In this document: one piece after another, positions 1-7,932 of the stretch
How the letters are laid out: every line of letters starts with the position of its first letter
How positions within the stretch are numbered: the stretch's first letter is position 1
The notes under the pieces: generated by a model
The model's input: only the letters and a program-made list of their open reading frames with translations
Databases searched by the model: none
Told to the model about the DNA's origin: nothing
Position numbers and translations under genes: made by a program
Assembly (NCBI GenBank): GCA_033809435.1
Contig: JAPXLS010000001.1
Coordinates: 1-42,382 of the forward strand
DNA from: Bacillota bacterium
GTDB taxonomy: Bacteria; Bacillota; Dethiobacteria; DTU022
Reading direction: 5' to 3'
DNA: 42,382 nt

Positions 1-123
1 TTTTAACTCTGAACGCGAATATTCACGTACATTTTCAAGCTTTTTCTTAAACTTATTTAATACCTTCGTGCTATTGTGATCGGTCAATACTTTTGGATGA
101 AAAACGGCCAATAAAATTGGACG

Positions 124-876
124 TTAATTGCTAAATATTGTATTCCGATGACTCACCCGATAACTCTCCCCGGACATGTTAAAGATCTCACTGTTGTGAA
201 TAAGACGATCCAATATCGCTGTGGTAATTGCTGTATCGCCTAGAAAATCACCCCATTCGTCAAATCCTTTATTCGATGTGATGATCACCGAGATATTCTG
301 GTAGAAATGGGATACCAGCTGATAGAACATGTTGGCCTCCTCGCGGCTCACCGGCAGGAAGCCTACTTCATCAATGATCACCAGGCTGGAATTCATGATC
401 CGCTTTAGGCGCCGTTTGTTTCTTACCAGCACAGCCTCAGTTTTCAAGATATCAATGAGCTCATCCAAGGTGACGAAACTGACGTGGTAGCCCAATCTTA
501 CCGCTTGCACGCCCAGGCTGATGGACAAATGCGACTTTCCTAGACTGGAGGGGCCCAGGAAAAAAAGGTTAAATGCCTTCTCGAGCCAGCACATATCCAT
601 CAGTTGCAGGATCTGATGCTTGCTCACAGACTGCTGAAAGCCAAAATCAAATTCGTCCATGGTCTTGTACTCCGGGAAATGAGCCTGTTTCAGACGCCTC
701 TTTAGCGAGTTGGCGTTACGGACCTCCACCTCCCGGCTCAGCAACCGGCGGGTGAACTCCAGCAAGGTCAGCTCTTCTTTGGCTGCAGTGGCGAGGAGTT
801 CTTCCAAACTGTCCTGGGCGCCCGACAGACGAAGCTGGCCCAGCATGCTTTTAACTTCCTGCAATGGAGCGTTCAT
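124..876 (-). CDS. istB: IS21-family helper ATPase IstB
   Basis: 250 aa. Walker A-like [11 protein letters not shown], Walker B VIIDEVGF and a C-terminal AILDRLIH motif are typical of IstB/DnaC-like proteins. The ATG at 876 is contiguous with the stop of the upstream istA fragment, the usual istA-istB arrangement. Confidence 0.9.
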   Translation of the reverse strand: MNAPLQEVKSMLGQLRLSGAQDSLEELLATAAKEELTLLEFTRRLLSREVEVRNANSLKRRLKQAHFPEYKTMDEFDFGFQQSVSKHQILQLMDMCWLEKAFNLFFLGPSSLGKSHLSISLGVQAVRLGYHVSFVTLDELIDILKTEAVLVRNKRRLKRIMNSSLVIIDEVGFLPVSREEANMFYQLVSHFYQNISVIITSNKGFDEWGDFLGDTAITTAILDRLIHNSEIFNMSGESYRVSHRNTIFSN

Positions 877-1563
877 TTAGGACTCACCCCCTGCCAGGTG
901 GCCATAACAAGCCGCAGGGCTGCGTTTGTCGGTTTTAACATTGAGCCAGGCCGGCATCCCTTTGACATCGGGGAGAACATCTGTCTGCCCCTCTGGGGGT
1001 TGCTGACTGAACCACAGGGCTGCGTCCCGGCAATCCACAGCGCTGTAAATCTTTCGCTCCAGGCAGTAGACGATGGCCTTCTCTAGAGCCTCCTGGGGCT
1101 GCTCAGCGGCTGTCTTTTGCATCAGCTTGAACTGGTCCCGGACGTAGCGCCGTTTTTCCCTGCGTATGCCCGTCAAAAGAGCCGCTGCTTGCTCGGTGGT
1201 ACCCAGAAGTGCCAGAGTCGCTTCGAATAGCTCTTCCACCCTGGCACTGTGGTCCCGAAGGTGGTTTCTGTTTTGGATTAATTGCCCCTTCTCTTTACAA
1301 AGCCTGTGCTCCGCCAGCGGTTTGCCCTTTTCAAGATCTGATAGAATCAGGTGACCGTCTTGTTCAGTAACCTTAAGGGTGATCTCCGGCCGGTAGGTCC
1401 TGTAGCTGCTGACACATACTGTCCAGGAATAGACGGTGTTAGTTGGCACTGGCCTGACGGTATGCCTGGCCAAATAGGAGAAATACCCCCCTGGGGTAAA
1501 TTCTTTCTCAGCAACTTCCCCAGGGGGTTTTAAGTTACCTGCTTTCCACGAACCTTTCTTCAA
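877..1563 (-). pseudogene. istA: IS21 transposase IstA, C-terminal fragment only (5'-truncated)
   Basis: From about residue 20 the 228-aa ORF resembles the post-DDE C-terminal region of IstA (..HTVRPV..Y....V.V......L.I......AEHRL....G.....NHL..). The HTH and DDE catalytic core are absent. The apparent start is TTG, and the first ~20 codons overlap the neighbouring 94-aa ORF. Confidence 0.7.
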
Positions 1564-1819
1564 TAAACTCCAGCCGTTTTTCTAAAAAGTACACATCACT
1601 TAAGTCCCGGCATTTCATGTTTAAAGCTTCATAGTCATCGGGAGAGTTATGCCTGTATGCAATTTGGTTTTTTAGATCGGCCAGGATCTCTTTGTACAGC
1701 CTTTTCATGAACCTGGTGTCAGAAGAGCTTACCTCCAGGGTTGCATTCTCCCCCCAAAGCAAAAGCGCTAGAATATCAAGCAGGTGTTTTTTGTCTACGT
1801 TGCAGTCTAGGGCATCCAT
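1535..1819 (-). CDS. hypothetical protein (94 aa), last gene of the transposition module
   Basis: The ATG at 1819 is preceded by AGGAGG with a 7-nt spacer, immediately after the ATPase stop (TAA at 1834-1836). I see no recognisable motif. Confidence 0.5.
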   Translation of the reverse strand: MDALDCNVDKKHLLDILALLLWGENATLEVSSSDTRFMKRLYKEILADLKNQIAYRHNSPDDYEALNMKCRDLSDVYFLEKRLEFIEERFVESR

Positions 1820-1833
1820 TGTGCCGCCTCCTG

Positions 1834-2646
1834 TTACAGAAATTCCCCATCGATTACCAGCTTGACCATATGATCATCAATGATCCGGCGGCCGTTTTGC
1901 GCGCCGTAGAGCATGCAGTGGGTGCAGAGCTTGTTCACCAACCTGGGTGCGCCATTGGCGAAACGGTAGATTTCCTCTACCGCCGCATCGGAGAATATTT
2001 CATGCTCGGCGCCGGCATAAGTCAGATGTCGCTTTATGTACTCGCCTACCTGGGCCCGATCCAGGTGCGGCAGCTTGAACTGCAGATCAATCCGCTGCCG
2101 GATGGCGCCGTAAGCCTGAAGTCTTAACCTGTCTAAAAGCTCATTTTGACCGACAAGAATTAAAGCCATGGGGCTTTGCGAATCCATCCTAAAATTCAAA
2201 AGAAAGCGGACCTCCTCAAGCATCTCCCGGTCCAGCAGGTGGGCCTCGTCGACAACCACAACAGGCTGCGTGTGGTAGATCCCTTTCATCATTTCGATCT
2301 CCCGGTGTAGCTGCCGTTTGGCGTCGCCGCGGTAGAACTTGGCCTCGCAGCCCAGCTGCTCCAGCAGGCCTTTGTAGAAATGCCTCGGGGTCAGCTTGGA
2401 GTCTGCCAGGTAGAGCAGCATAAACTCACTCGGTTCCAAAGTGTCTTTTAACTTGCGGACAATGGTTGTCTTGCCGGTACCGCAATCACCGGTCATCACG
2501 GCAAATAGCTGTTTTTTGGCGGCGTGCTCAAGACGGCCCAACACCTCCTCCATCATCACCGAGGGGTAGAGCTCAGCAGTAGGGATATCCCTGGTAAAGG
2601 GCGTGTGGGACAATTCATAGAATGCCTCAATCACCTGAACCACCAC
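1834..2646 (-). CDS. AAA+ ATPase, ExeA/TniB/MuB-like transposition helper
   Basis: 270 aa. Walker A GDCGTGKTT and Walker B VVVVDEAHLL. GTG start overlapping the transposase stop by 20 nt. Size and position match Tn552 p271 / TniB. Confidence 0.85.
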   Translation of the reverse strand: MVVQVIEAFYELSHTPFTRDIPTAELYPSVMMEEVLGRLEHAAKKQLFAVMTGDCGTGKTTIVRKLKDTLEPSEFMLLYLADSKLTPRHFYKGLLEQLGCEAKFYRGDAKRQLHREIEMMKGIYHTQPVVVVDEAHLLDREMLEEVRFLLNFRMDSQSPMALILVGQNELLDRLRLQAYGAIRQRIDLQFKLPHLDRAQVGEYIKRHLTYAGAEHEIFSDAAVEEIYRFANGAPRLVNKLCTHCMLYGAQNGRRIIDDHMVKLVIDGEFL

Positions 2647-3976
2647 CCCTTTCCTCCCGGCGATAGCTCACCGCAGGAATCTGGCGTGCCTGGCGCTCTT
2701 CATTTTGCTTTGCAGCAGCGCTTAAAAGTCTGGAACCTTCCACAGGCTGGGGCAGAAGGTGCGGCGGCAGTTTGGGCCGCGGCCCTGTTCTCTCACCGAT
2801 GACAAGCCTCTCCGCTGTCCAGGGCGGGTGGTCTTCATACTCGATAGTCAGCCTGGTAGTATCCGCGGGGTCATAGATTACATCCACAGTGCAGCCGATG
2901 GAGTTTAAGCCCACTTCGTACTTTTCCCCCTGGAAGCTGATGCAGCCGGCTTTGTCCACCTTTCTCTCTTCACAGTGCAAAAAAGCGTTGGAGATGATTT
3001 CAGGGGCTAAAAACTTCAATGCTTTTTTACTGCTGCGGTAGGCCGCTTCGGGGCTTTTGCCTTCCAGGGCGCTGTGGGGCCTGTTCTGATAGCATTCCTC
3101 CAGCCAGACCCAGAACAGCCTGTTGAGTTCATCTAATGAATCCGGTTTCTCCAGAGCCGCTTCGTTTAAGAAAGCATCAACGGTCCGGTTGAATCTCTCC
3201 TGTTTGCCCGATGACTCAGGCGAGTACGGTCTGGCAAAAAGCAGCCGGATGCCCATCTTGGAGCAAGCCCGGGCCATCCATTTGTTTCTGTACTGGGTAC
3301 CATTGTCAAAAAAGACCCTGTCTGGAATACCATGTTTTTGAATGGATTGGCGGAAGCAGTCTTCAACAATGATTTGATCCAATACCGGATAAAACTGTCC
3401 ATGCAGGATAAAGCGGGTGGCGTCATCCAAGAAGGTCACCAGGTAGACCTGCTTTTTGGAACCGTCTTTACCGATGGGTAGGTACGGCCCGTATTTGACG
3501 TCGGAATGCCACAGATTGTTCCGGTGCCTTCGCTGGTAGCGCCTGACCGCAGTGCCGGAGGCGGCATATGTCTTCATCTGCCTGGTACTGTAACCACTTT
3601 GGGAGAGTTTCTCTTGCAGGGTGCTGCGTTTGATCTGCCCAGGCTGGGCCCGCCCTTCCCATTCGAGAATTTCAATGATCTGGGCCACACTGCGGGCGGG
3701 GACCTCCCTGCGCAGCAATATGGCTTGCTCAAGAAGCTCCTGTGGTATGGCCGGCTCCCTGGCACAGGTTTTACCCTTAGGTTTCAGGCCATCGAAACCC
3801 TGGGCCTGGTAACGGGCCATGTAGCGGCGCAGGGTCCGCTCAGAGATACCTGCCCGGGTACAGATCTGGACCCTGATCTGCTTGGCTTTAGCGGGATCTA
3901 AACCCTCCGCCAGCAGCGGCAAGAGCAGCTGCAGGCGTTCTGTAGCGATCTCTTCTGCCTTTTTCCGGTCTCTCAT
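2627..3976 (-). CDS. DDE (rve-type) transposase, Mu/Tn552/TniA-like
   Basis: The ORF runs to 4009, but the ATG at 3976 is preceded by GAAGGAGGAA and is preferred. N-terminal HTH-like region. DDE core candidates are WHSDVK, FFDNGTQY and SGKQERFNRT. The C-terminal region resembles the Mu transposase C-terminal barrel (CISFQGEKYEV). Confidence 0.85.
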   Translation of the reverse strand: MRDRKKAEEIATERLQLLLPLLAEGLDPAKAKQIRVQICTRAGISERTLRRYMARYQAQGFDGLKPKGKTCAREPAIPQELLEQAILLRREVPARSVAQIIEILEWEGRAQPGQIKRSTLQEKLSQSGYSTRQMKTYAASGTAVRRYQRRHRNNLWHSDVKYGPYLPIGKDGSKKQVYLVTFLDDATRFILHGQFYPVLDQIIVEDCFRQSIQKHGIPDRVFFDNGTQYRNKWMARACSKMGIRLLFARPYSPESSGKQERFNRTVDAFLNEAALEKPDSLDELNRLFWVWLEECYQNRPHSALEGKSPEAAYRSSKKALKFLAPEIISNAFLHCEERKVDKAGCISFQGEKYEVGLNSIGCTVDVIYDPADTTRLTIEYEDHPPWTAERLVIGERTGPRPKLPPHLLPQPVEGSRLLSAAAKQNEERQARQIPAVSYRREERGGGSGD

Positions 3977-4051
3977 GTTAATTCCTCCTTCAAATGCAGG
4001 GTTTAGCATGAGTCTACCGGTCCATGAGCCGGACAGGAATGCAGAACGGGT

Positions 4052-4549
4052 CTAGACCCAATAATTTGTATTTGCCACCGGACGGACAATTCTGGCCAGC
4101 CAGCCGGGGCCATCCCCGACGTGAGACCAGATCCTTTGGAGCGAGGACCCGGAAAGCTCGGATCTATCTTTCGCAGCACCTTTCCCGAAGCGGGCGGCAA
4201 TGGAGATTAAACATCCAAGGAAGTAATCGGCCAGCGCCTTAAACCACTGTTTCCAACGGTTAATGGTGGATTCATCGGCCACCACACTTAGGCCTTTCTC
4301 ACCGGTGATCACCGCTTCAATGCTCTGGCTGCAGTAGCGCTTGTACGGAACCAAAATGTCAGGCAGCTCGTGATGTACTTTTTTGCAAGGCTTACATCCT
4401 AGCCGCCGGATCATCAATGTCACATGTTCCCCGGTGTCTTTGACGTAGCCCCGCCGCCTGCTGCCTATGGCTTTCAGCAAACCACCACAGCAAGGGCAAT
4501 AGTGCTGCTCCCCGCTCCTAACTAAAAATATCCCGGGAGGGCTTTTCAA
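4052..4549 (-). CDS. zinc-ribbon protein (DUF6431-like), first gene of the transposition module
   Basis: 165 aa with two CxxC pairs (YCPCCGG ... CKPCKK). From memory, similar small Cys-rich ORFs sit upstream of Mu-like transposase/ExeA pairs in Clostridia. The apparent start is TTG. Confidence 0.55.
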   Translation of the reverse strand: MKSPPGIFLVRSGEQHYCPCCGGLLKAIGSRRRGYVKDTGEHVTLMIRRLGCKPCKKVHHELPDILVPYKRYCSQSIEAVITGEKGLSVVADESTINRWKQWFKALADYFLGCLISIAARFGKGAAKDRSELSGSSLQRIWSHVGDGPGWLARIVRPVANTNYWV

Positions 4550-4587
4550 TCAGCTGGTACTTTGATACAATAACCATACTTTCGGGG

Positions 4588-4645
4588 GCGCCTCCGGTAC
4601 TGTTGCTGACCACGGCAGTACATTCACGGAGGCGCTTTTCCTTTC
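4588..4645 (+). terminator. intrinsic-terminator-like hairpin with no plus-strand gene upstream
   Basis: A 9-bp outer stem GCGCCTCCG/CGGAGGCGC (4588-4596 / 4627-4635) and a 6-bp inner stem GTACTG/CAGTAC (4597-4602 / 4616-4621), followed by TTTTCCTTTC (4636-4645). Confidence 0.5.
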
Positions 4646-4764
4646 TAGAATATTTGGTCACTTGGTCATTGTATATGGCTATCCCGGGACAGGCAATACC
4701 GTCAGCTTAGAGGCGTTATGGGGCAGCGGAAACAATCCACACCATTTTCCAGGAGAGAATTAAC

Positions 4765-5703
4765 ATGTCACATTATGATTTTGTAGCTATTGATTTTGAA
4801 ACTGCAAACGACAGTTTGACCAGTGCCTGCTCCATGGGGCTGGTTGCTGTGCAAAACTCAAATATCGTAAAAACGGAATACTTTCTAATCAGGCCAACAA
4901 GCCCCTGTTTTGCCGAGAAAAATATCAAGATCCACGGCATAACACCTGATTCTGTTAAAAATGCACCATTATTCCCGGAAGTGTGGGAAAAGGTGCAACA
5001 TTATTTCCGGAATAATGTTGCAATCGCGCACAATGCCCACTTCGACATGTCTGTATTAAAGCGCTGTCTGATAGAGCACGACCTGGAGATCCCCCAATTC
5101 TACTATCTTTGCAGCATTTCGATTTCTGCTCTCGTCTGTAAGGGACAAGGCGTGGGTAACTCCCTTAAAGAGAGGGCGGAATTCTTCAGAATACCGATGG
5201 TTAGACACCACAACGCTTTAAGCGATGCCAGGACATGCGCCAATATAGTTATTATGAGCATTAAGCAAAAAGGATGGGAGGATTTCCATTCATTTTTTTT
5301 AAAAAATGGCACCATCCCAATTAAAAAATTTGCATCTTTAATCCCTGCAGAAGAATTCGGGAAACCCTATCCCAGGTATCCAAACGTATCGATTTCAGAA
5401 ATCGCAGCTACCGTGGAGTCATTTGATGAAAATCATTATTTATATGATAAAAAAGTTGTCTTTACTGGAAAACTTCAAAGCATGGATCGTAGGACGGCAA
5501 TGTATAAAGTTGTCAATCTCGGTGGCATCTTGAAAAGTTCCGTCTCCAGAAAGACCGACATTGTAGTCTTGGGCACTCAGGACAAAGCGCTGGTGGGCCC
5601 ATCAGGGACCAGCGGCAAGGAGAGAAAGGCCCGTGAATTAATCGAAAACGGCTATGACATAGAAATCATAGGGGAAGAAGAGTTTTTAAGGTTGATCAGA
5701 TAA
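4765..5703 (+). CDS. DEDDh 3'-5' exonuclease (DnaQ/epsilon-like) fused to a C-terminal BRCT domain
   Basis: 312 aa. Exo motifs are I (AIDFETAN), II (IAHNAHFDMSVL) and III (HHNALSDARTCANI). The C-terminal KKVVFTGKLQSMDRRTAMYKVVNLGGILKSSVSRKTDIVVLG is BRCT-like. An AGGAGAG RBS lies upstream of the ATG. Confidence 0.85.
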   Translation: MSHYDFVAIDFETANDSLTSACSMGLVAVQNSNIVKTEYFLIRPTSPCFAEKNIKIHGITPDSVKNAPLFPEVWEKVQHYFRNNVAIAHNAHFDMSVLKRCLIEHDLEIPQFYYLCSISISALVCKGQGVGNSLKERAEFFRIPMVRHHNALSDARTCANIVIMSIKQKGWEDFHSFFLKNGTIPIKKFASLIPAEEFGKPYPRYPNVSISEIAATVESFDENHYLYDKKVVFTGKLQSMDRRTAMYKVVNLGGILKSSVSRKTDIVVLGTQDKALVGPSGTSGKERKARELIENGYDIEIIGEEEFLRLIR

Positions 5704-5770
5704 TGAAGGCAGATCAAAAACAATGGTGCATAAGTCTCTTCTTAACTCCATCAACAAAGGGGGGCGTAGA

Positions 5771-6307
5771 ATGGAAATCAGCATCTTTGAAGAGAAAATC
5801 AAGGAGCGCTTAAAAAAAAGCAAATATTATAGCGAGGATAATTTTAGAGTAAAAAGCAATATTGGCTATAAGACAGTCTGGATGTGTAAAGCTGCAGTCA
5901 TAAAGATTAGAGAGCAGAAAACCGGCACCAGATTGGAAATAGCAAAAAGATTTTTGAAGACCTTCCACCTGCAAAAGGAAGCGAAATTTATAAAGGCTTC
6001 TCACAGATGGGCTAAAACACCCTATACCGATGCCGTGATCAGGAAAGTCCTGGTAGGTGCCAGGGCTGTATTTGAGGAGTGCTACAAAGAAGGTTCGGTA
6101 GAGATATTCGGATGCTGCTCAAAATATATTGAATGCAGCGATCGGAGAAAATGCGTTCATTCCGATATAAAAATTGCCGAGGGTTGCATGTACAAACTTA
6201 ACCTGGAGGAAGGCCGGATATTTTACGGTGTAAATTGCAATGTTAGAGAAAACAGTGATGTGCCAAAAAACGCCGGCAGGCAAGGAAAGCAAGCGCGGCT
6301 ATGGTAA
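5771..6307 (+). CDS. hypothetical Cys-rich protein
   Basis: The ORF runs from 5723, but the ATG at 5771 is preceded by AAAGGGGGG with a 6-nt spacer. It contains FGCCSKYIECSDRRKCVHSDIKIAEGCMYKLNLEEGRIFYG (CC-x5-C-x5-C-x10-C). I cannot assign a family. Confidence 0.55.
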   Translation: MEISIFEEKIKERLKKSKYYSEDNFRVKSNIGYKTVWMCKAAVIKIREQKTGTRLEIAKRFLKTFHLQKEAKFIKASHRWAKTPYTDAVIRKVLVGARAVFEECYKEGSVEIFGCCSKYIECSDRRKCVHSDIKIAEGCMYKLNLEEGRIFYGVNCNVRENSDVPKNAGRQGKQARLW

Positions 6308-6420
6308 TTATCTAGCAAATATCCATTTTGTTTGCACCCCTGCTGTCCAGGTGCTGGTCAAGATTACGCCACTGGAGACAGAACTGGCGGTATTTTGGTA
6401 CTAATATGAGTCACGTTGGC

Positions 6421-6442
6421 GGGCCGGGATGGAACCCGGCCC
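6421..6442. other. GC-rich hairpin in the convergent intergenic region (possible bidirectional terminator, no U-tract)
   Basis: GGGCCGGG-ATGGAA-CCCGGCCC, an 8-bp stem, between the plus-strand 178-aa gene and the minus-strand MATE gene. Confidence 0.35.
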
Positions 6443-6536
6443 CTGATTCGACATTGCTGCATATGCAGGCCGGAATGGAACCTGACCCATGCAATTATCC
6501 GCGCTGTTGCTCGATCGTCATCAGGATTGATTATGA

Positions 6537-7916
6537 TCAGGCTTTCGCTGCGTAGGAGGGCTTGTGGGCCAGGCGGTGCCATTTTGTGCGGCGGTAGCGA
6601 TGCAGAATGACCAGCATGGTGGCCAGGTACTGCAGCGCCGAGACCCACCAGATGTAGGTCACGCTGAGTTCCAGAACGTAGACCACGAGATAGGTTAAAG
6701 GCAGGCGCACCACCAGGCCGCCGATGAGCCCGGCCAGGAGAGGCCCCTTTGTATCGCCCGCTCCTTTCAGGGCGCCGGCCAGGGTGTAAGCGATGGCCAT
6801 GAAGGGCTGCTCCACGGCGGCAATGCGCAAGCAGGCGATCCCCAGGCTCAGGACTTCCGCCTCGGGCGGGTCAAATATCCGCATAACATAGTGGGGGAAA
6901 AAGAAAAACACCAGAGCCGTAGCGCTCATGAGCACCGTGGCCATGATCGTGGCCAGGGTCCCCGTTCTCACTGCATCCCGGGGCTTGCCCGCGCCCAGAT
7001 CTTGGCCCACCAGGGTGGTGGCGGCGATGGCAAAGGCATAACCGGGCATGAAAGAAAATGATTCTGCCGCCACGGCAGCGGTATTGGCGGCAAAGGCAAT
7101 GGGGCCGAGCACCGCTATCCAGGTCATCGAGATGAGCCGCCCGGAGCTGTAAACGGCCTCCTCCAGCCCCAACGGATAGCTGATGGTAAACATGCTTTTC
7201 AGCACCGGCTTCCTGATGGGGAAAAAGCTCTTCCAGGACAGCTCCAGGTCGCGGCGGCGCCGGTAAAGATAGATCAGCCCCACGGCCAAACCCAGCAGCT
7301 GGGCAGATCCGGTAGCCAGCGCGGCGCCCTTCACTCCCAGCTCCGGGAATCCCAATTTGCCGAAGATGAGCACATAGTCAAAAAATACGTTAAAGATATT
7401 CGCGGCCAGGGCTATGTACATGGGCACGCGGGTATTGCCCAGGCCGCGGATGACCCCGTTAACCACCAGGATCATCAGCCAGAAGGCACCGCCACTGAAA
7501 AGGGTGACATAGAAATACTCCACTGTCAGCGCCGCTGTCGGTTTATCCTTGATCGCCCACAGGCAGAAGGGCTTTCCGAATATGCCCATTACCAGGAGCA
7601 AAAGCGAGGTGATCAGCAAGCTCAACGTAACCGCCTGCCCCGCAGTCAGCCCCGCGTTTTCCCTGTCATCGGCGCCGATAAAACGGGCCACCAGCGAATT
7701 GACCCCCACGCCCAGGGCGCCGCAGACGCCGATGATGCCGAAAAGAATGGAGGCGGCATATTCAACAGCCGAGGCTTCCCGGGCGCCCAGCCGCATGACC
7801 ATGGCGGCGTCGCAGATCCAGTAAAAGGTGTGCAGGCACATCTCGAGGACTGCAGGCCAGGCCAGGGTAATAATATTATGAACGGGATGATGGATTTTTC
7901 TTTTTATCAACAACAT
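6537..7916 (-). CDS. MATE-family efflux transporter
   Basis: 459 aa, hydrophobic throughout (about 12 TM segments by eye). The N-terminal ..IITLAWPAVLEM.. and internal duplication pattern are typical of NorM/DinF-type MATE proteins. Confidence 0.9.
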   Translation of the reverse strand: MLLIKRKIHHPVHNIITLAWPAVLEMCLHTFYWICDAAMVMRLGAREASAVEYAASILFGIIGVCGALGVGVNSLVARFIGADDRENAGLTAGQAVTLSLLITSLLLLVMGIFGKPFCLWAIKDKPTAALTVEYFYVTLFSGGAFWLMILVVNGVIRGLGNTRVPMYIALAANIFNVFFDYVLIFGKLGFPELGVKGAALATGSAQLLGLAVGLIYLYRRRRDLELSWKSFFPIRKPVLKSMFTISYPLGLEEAVYSSGRLISMTWIAVLGPIAFAANTAAVAAESFSFMPGYAFAIAATTLVGQDLGAGKPRDAVRTGTLATIMATVLMSATALVFFFFPHYVMRIFDPPEAEVLSLGIACLRIAAVEQPFMAIAYTLAGALKGAGDTKGPLLAGLIGGLVVRLPLTYLVVYVLELSVTYIWWVSALQYLATMLVILHRYRRTKWHRLAHKPSYAAKA

Positions 7917-7932
7917 ACCTTCTTAAAATAGT

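Larger units (their letters stand above)
1..1563 (-). mobile_element. IS21-family insertion sequence remnant (istB intact, istA lacking its 5' two-thirds); outer end not determinable
   Basis: An IstB-type ATPase ORF directly abuts an ORF that matches only the C-terminal part of IS21 IstA transposases. No HTH/DDE part of istA lies upstream. Two CGGYCAATA direct repeats (81-89, 105-113) downstream of istB could be terminal transposase-binding repeats. The window edge prevents defining the outer end. Confidence 0.65.
1535..4549 (-). mobile_element. Mu/Tn552-like transposition module (Zn-ribbon ORF, DDE transposase, AAA+ ATPase, small ORF) inserted into or abutting the IS21 istA gene; exact termini not identified
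   Basis: Four co-directional, tightly packed or overlapping ORFs. The 449-aa DDE protein plus 270-aa ATPase pairing mirrors Tn552 p480/p271, TniA/TniB and MuA/MuB. The right edge coincides with the istA truncation point. An orphan plus-strand terminator at 4588-4645 suggests native DNA resumes before about 4588. I found no convincing terminal inverted repeats by eye. Confidence 0.55.

Noticed and set aside
1533-1543. Candidate terminal inverted repeat of the Mu-like module. AGTTACCTGCT at 1533-1543 compared with the reverse complement of 4551-4560 (AGTACCAGCT). Also a 10-bp inverted repeat CCCCCTGGGG/CCCCAGGGGG at 1487-1496 / 1518-1527.
   Set aside because: The matches are short and gapped, at a level expected by chance. 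They overlap ORF ends and do not begin with the TG expected for Mu/Tn552-type termini. The true ends need other copies of the element.
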